The notes under the pieces: model-generated
What the model saw: only the letters and a program-made list of their open reading frames with translations
Database searches by the model: none
Told to the model about the DNA's origin: nothing
Part shown: piece by piece, positions 47,847 to 49,195 of the stretch
Layout: the number at the start of each line of letters is the position of its first letter
How positions within the stretch are numbered: position 1 is the first letter of the stretch
NCBI GenBank assembly: GCA_964589635.1
Contig: CAZPRI010000002.1
Coordinates: 1-49,195 of the forward strand
DNA: 49,195 bases
Direction: 5' to 3'
Source of the DNA: an uncultured Candidatus Saccharibacteria bacterium
GTDB lineage: Bacteria > Patescibacteriota > Minisyncoccia > Phycocordibacterales > JAACPR01
Translations under genes and position numbers: made by a program

Positions 47847-48503
47847 TTATCTTCTCATATTCCTCTCGATTGCCCTGTATTTATTCTCAATAATGGTTAA
47901 ATCCGATTTTAAGGCAACGTTTTCTCTTTTCAGTGCAGCCTCCTTCTGAGATAGACTTTCAAAATTCCTTCTTATATTTTCTGTCTCCTTTTTTTCTCTT
48001 TGAAAGAGCTGTATCAGTCTACTAATTACAGTATTTTTATTTCTTTCAGACCTTTCCTTATTTCTTTCCAGTTCATCATCTTTTCGCTCTAGTTCTTCTA
48101 GATCTCTTTCTTTTTGAGCAATCTCCTTTTTTAATTCTTCAATAGAGTTATTAACCTCAGAGAGGTTAAAATCTATTTTTGAAGTATCCTCCTTTAATTC
48201 CTTTTGTTCTTTTTTTAAATTAGACTCTGCATTTACGTCTTCTTGCTCTTCTCTTCTTAATATACTTTCAGATCTTCTTATTTCACTCTCAAGTCTTATA
48301 AGTATATATTTAACTTCCTCTAGTCTCCTTTTTTTAGATTCAACCTGTCTTACCATTGTTGCTAAATCCATTTGTCTTCTTTGTAAGGCGAGTCTCTCCT
48401 GTTCCCGCTTCTTTTGATCCTCGTTTGGTTCCAAACGATTAATCGCCCCTTGATGTAGACCACTTTTTCTTATTTCCTCTGCCGATGGTAATTCTCTGGA
48501 CAT
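47847..48503 (-). CDS. Hypothetical coiled-coil protein
   Basis: 218 aa, E/K/R-rich heptad pattern. Confidence 0.7.
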   Translation of the reverse strand: MSRELPSAEEIRKSGLHQGAINRLEPNEDQKKREQERLALQRRQMDLATMVRQVESKKRRLEEVKYILIRLESEIRRSESILRREEQEDVNAESNLKKEQKELKEDTSKIDFNLSEVNNSIEELKKEIAQKERDLEELERKDDELERNKERSERNKNTVISRLIQLFQREKKETENIRRNFESLSQKEAALKRENVALKSDLTIIENKYRAIERNMRR

Positions 48504-48505
48504 AT

Positions 48506-49189
48506 CTAAATTATATATTGATCTTGCTTATAAACACCAACGCCTACATACTCAGCCTCTCCACGTATTATTTTTTCATAAGGCTCACAACCCTTACATC
48601 CACCCAGAGGACAAGTGAACTCCTTTTTTTCTCTGGCATTCTTAATTTTTAGAGCTACATCTAGTATTTTATTATGAGATTCTTCAATGTCAGGTAATTC
48701 CTTTTCAGTTAGATTATCGTCAACATCTAGATACCAATAAAAAGCACCTGTTGTTTTTCTACTTTGACAATTTTTCATCAGTAAAACATATATTGGCAAC
48801 TGAAGAGAATTATCATCTTCCTTATTTTTACCTGTCTTGAAATCTATAATGTGCACACTATCATCTTCTGGTATATATCTAATCCAATCTATCTTTCCGC
48901 ACAAGAGAATCTCATCCTTTTCACTTAACCAATAATGAGGAAGATCTTCCTTAATTTTAATAGTTTTATCAAGAAAAATTTCAGGATTCCTGATTGCAGT
49001 TTCTATCATTTTAATTCCTCTATCAAAAAATTTCTTCTCAGTTTCCTCATCTTTAAAGCCCCCCTTTTTTCCTGAAACACTTTTCCACCTCTCCTTAAAC
49101 ATTTCAATTAAATCTCTATTCATTCTCTCTTCAGTTTTAAATTCAGTAAGACCTTCCAAAATATCATGTACCGCAATCCCAAGAGACAT
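48506..49189 (-). CDS. PD-(D/E)xK nuclease (RecB/AddB-like); N-terminus probably beyond the window end
   Basis: GIAVH, GKIDWI, IIDFKTG, QLPIY, C-terminal CxxxxCxxC. Confidence 0.85.
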   Translation of the reverse strand: MSLGIAVHDILEGLTEFKTEERMNRDLIEMFKERWKSVSGKKGGFKDEETEKKFFDRGIKMIETAIRNPEIFLDKTIKIKEDLPHYWLSEKDEILLCGKIDWIRYIPEDDSVHIIDFKTGKNKEDDNSLQLPIYVLLMKNCQSRKTTGAFYWYLDVDDNLTEKELPDIEESHNKILDVALKIKNAREKKEFTCPLGGCKGCEPYEKIIRGEAEYVGVGVYKQDQYII

Positions 49190-49195
49190 ATAAGG

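Noticed and set aside
48506-49189. Cas4 of a CRISPR system
   Set aside because: No array or other cas genes visible; fits a stand-alone PD-(D/E)xK nuclease, and the gene is cut by the window edge

Overview
Low-GC bacterial chromosome segment. The gene content (priA-def-fmt, xfp-ackA, class I aldolase, PGI/PMI, many small secreted proteins, -10 boxes almost touching start codons) suggests a Patescibacteria/CPR (Parcubacteria-like) genome; this is inference, not a database result. The main accessory feature is a ~14.3 kb integrative element (6509-20815) at the 3' end of tRNA-Asn(GTT). It carries a large serine recombinase, a type III restriction-modification pair, a tyrosine recombinase, DUF488 and DUF4352 genes, a candidate HEPN nuclease and a small-terminase-like gene. 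Three things read directly from the sequence stand out. (1) The recombinase gene runs through the att core, so joining the element ends swaps its 7-aa C-terminal tail in frame for a 34-aa tail and puts the terS-like gene 9 nt behind its new stop. (2) A 79-nt three-way-junction RNA with two GNRA hairpins has an unpaired segment complementary to one upstream site and one site at the start of the next gene, the layout of phage P1 C4 / P4 CI antisense RNAs. (3) A second, older att remnant lies 331 bp further on. Also seen: a candidate stand-alone ncRNA (4360-4498), nested palindromic repeats, several small ORFs missing from the track, a fatty-acid desaturase and a LexA divergent promoter. All family calls come from motif recognition only.
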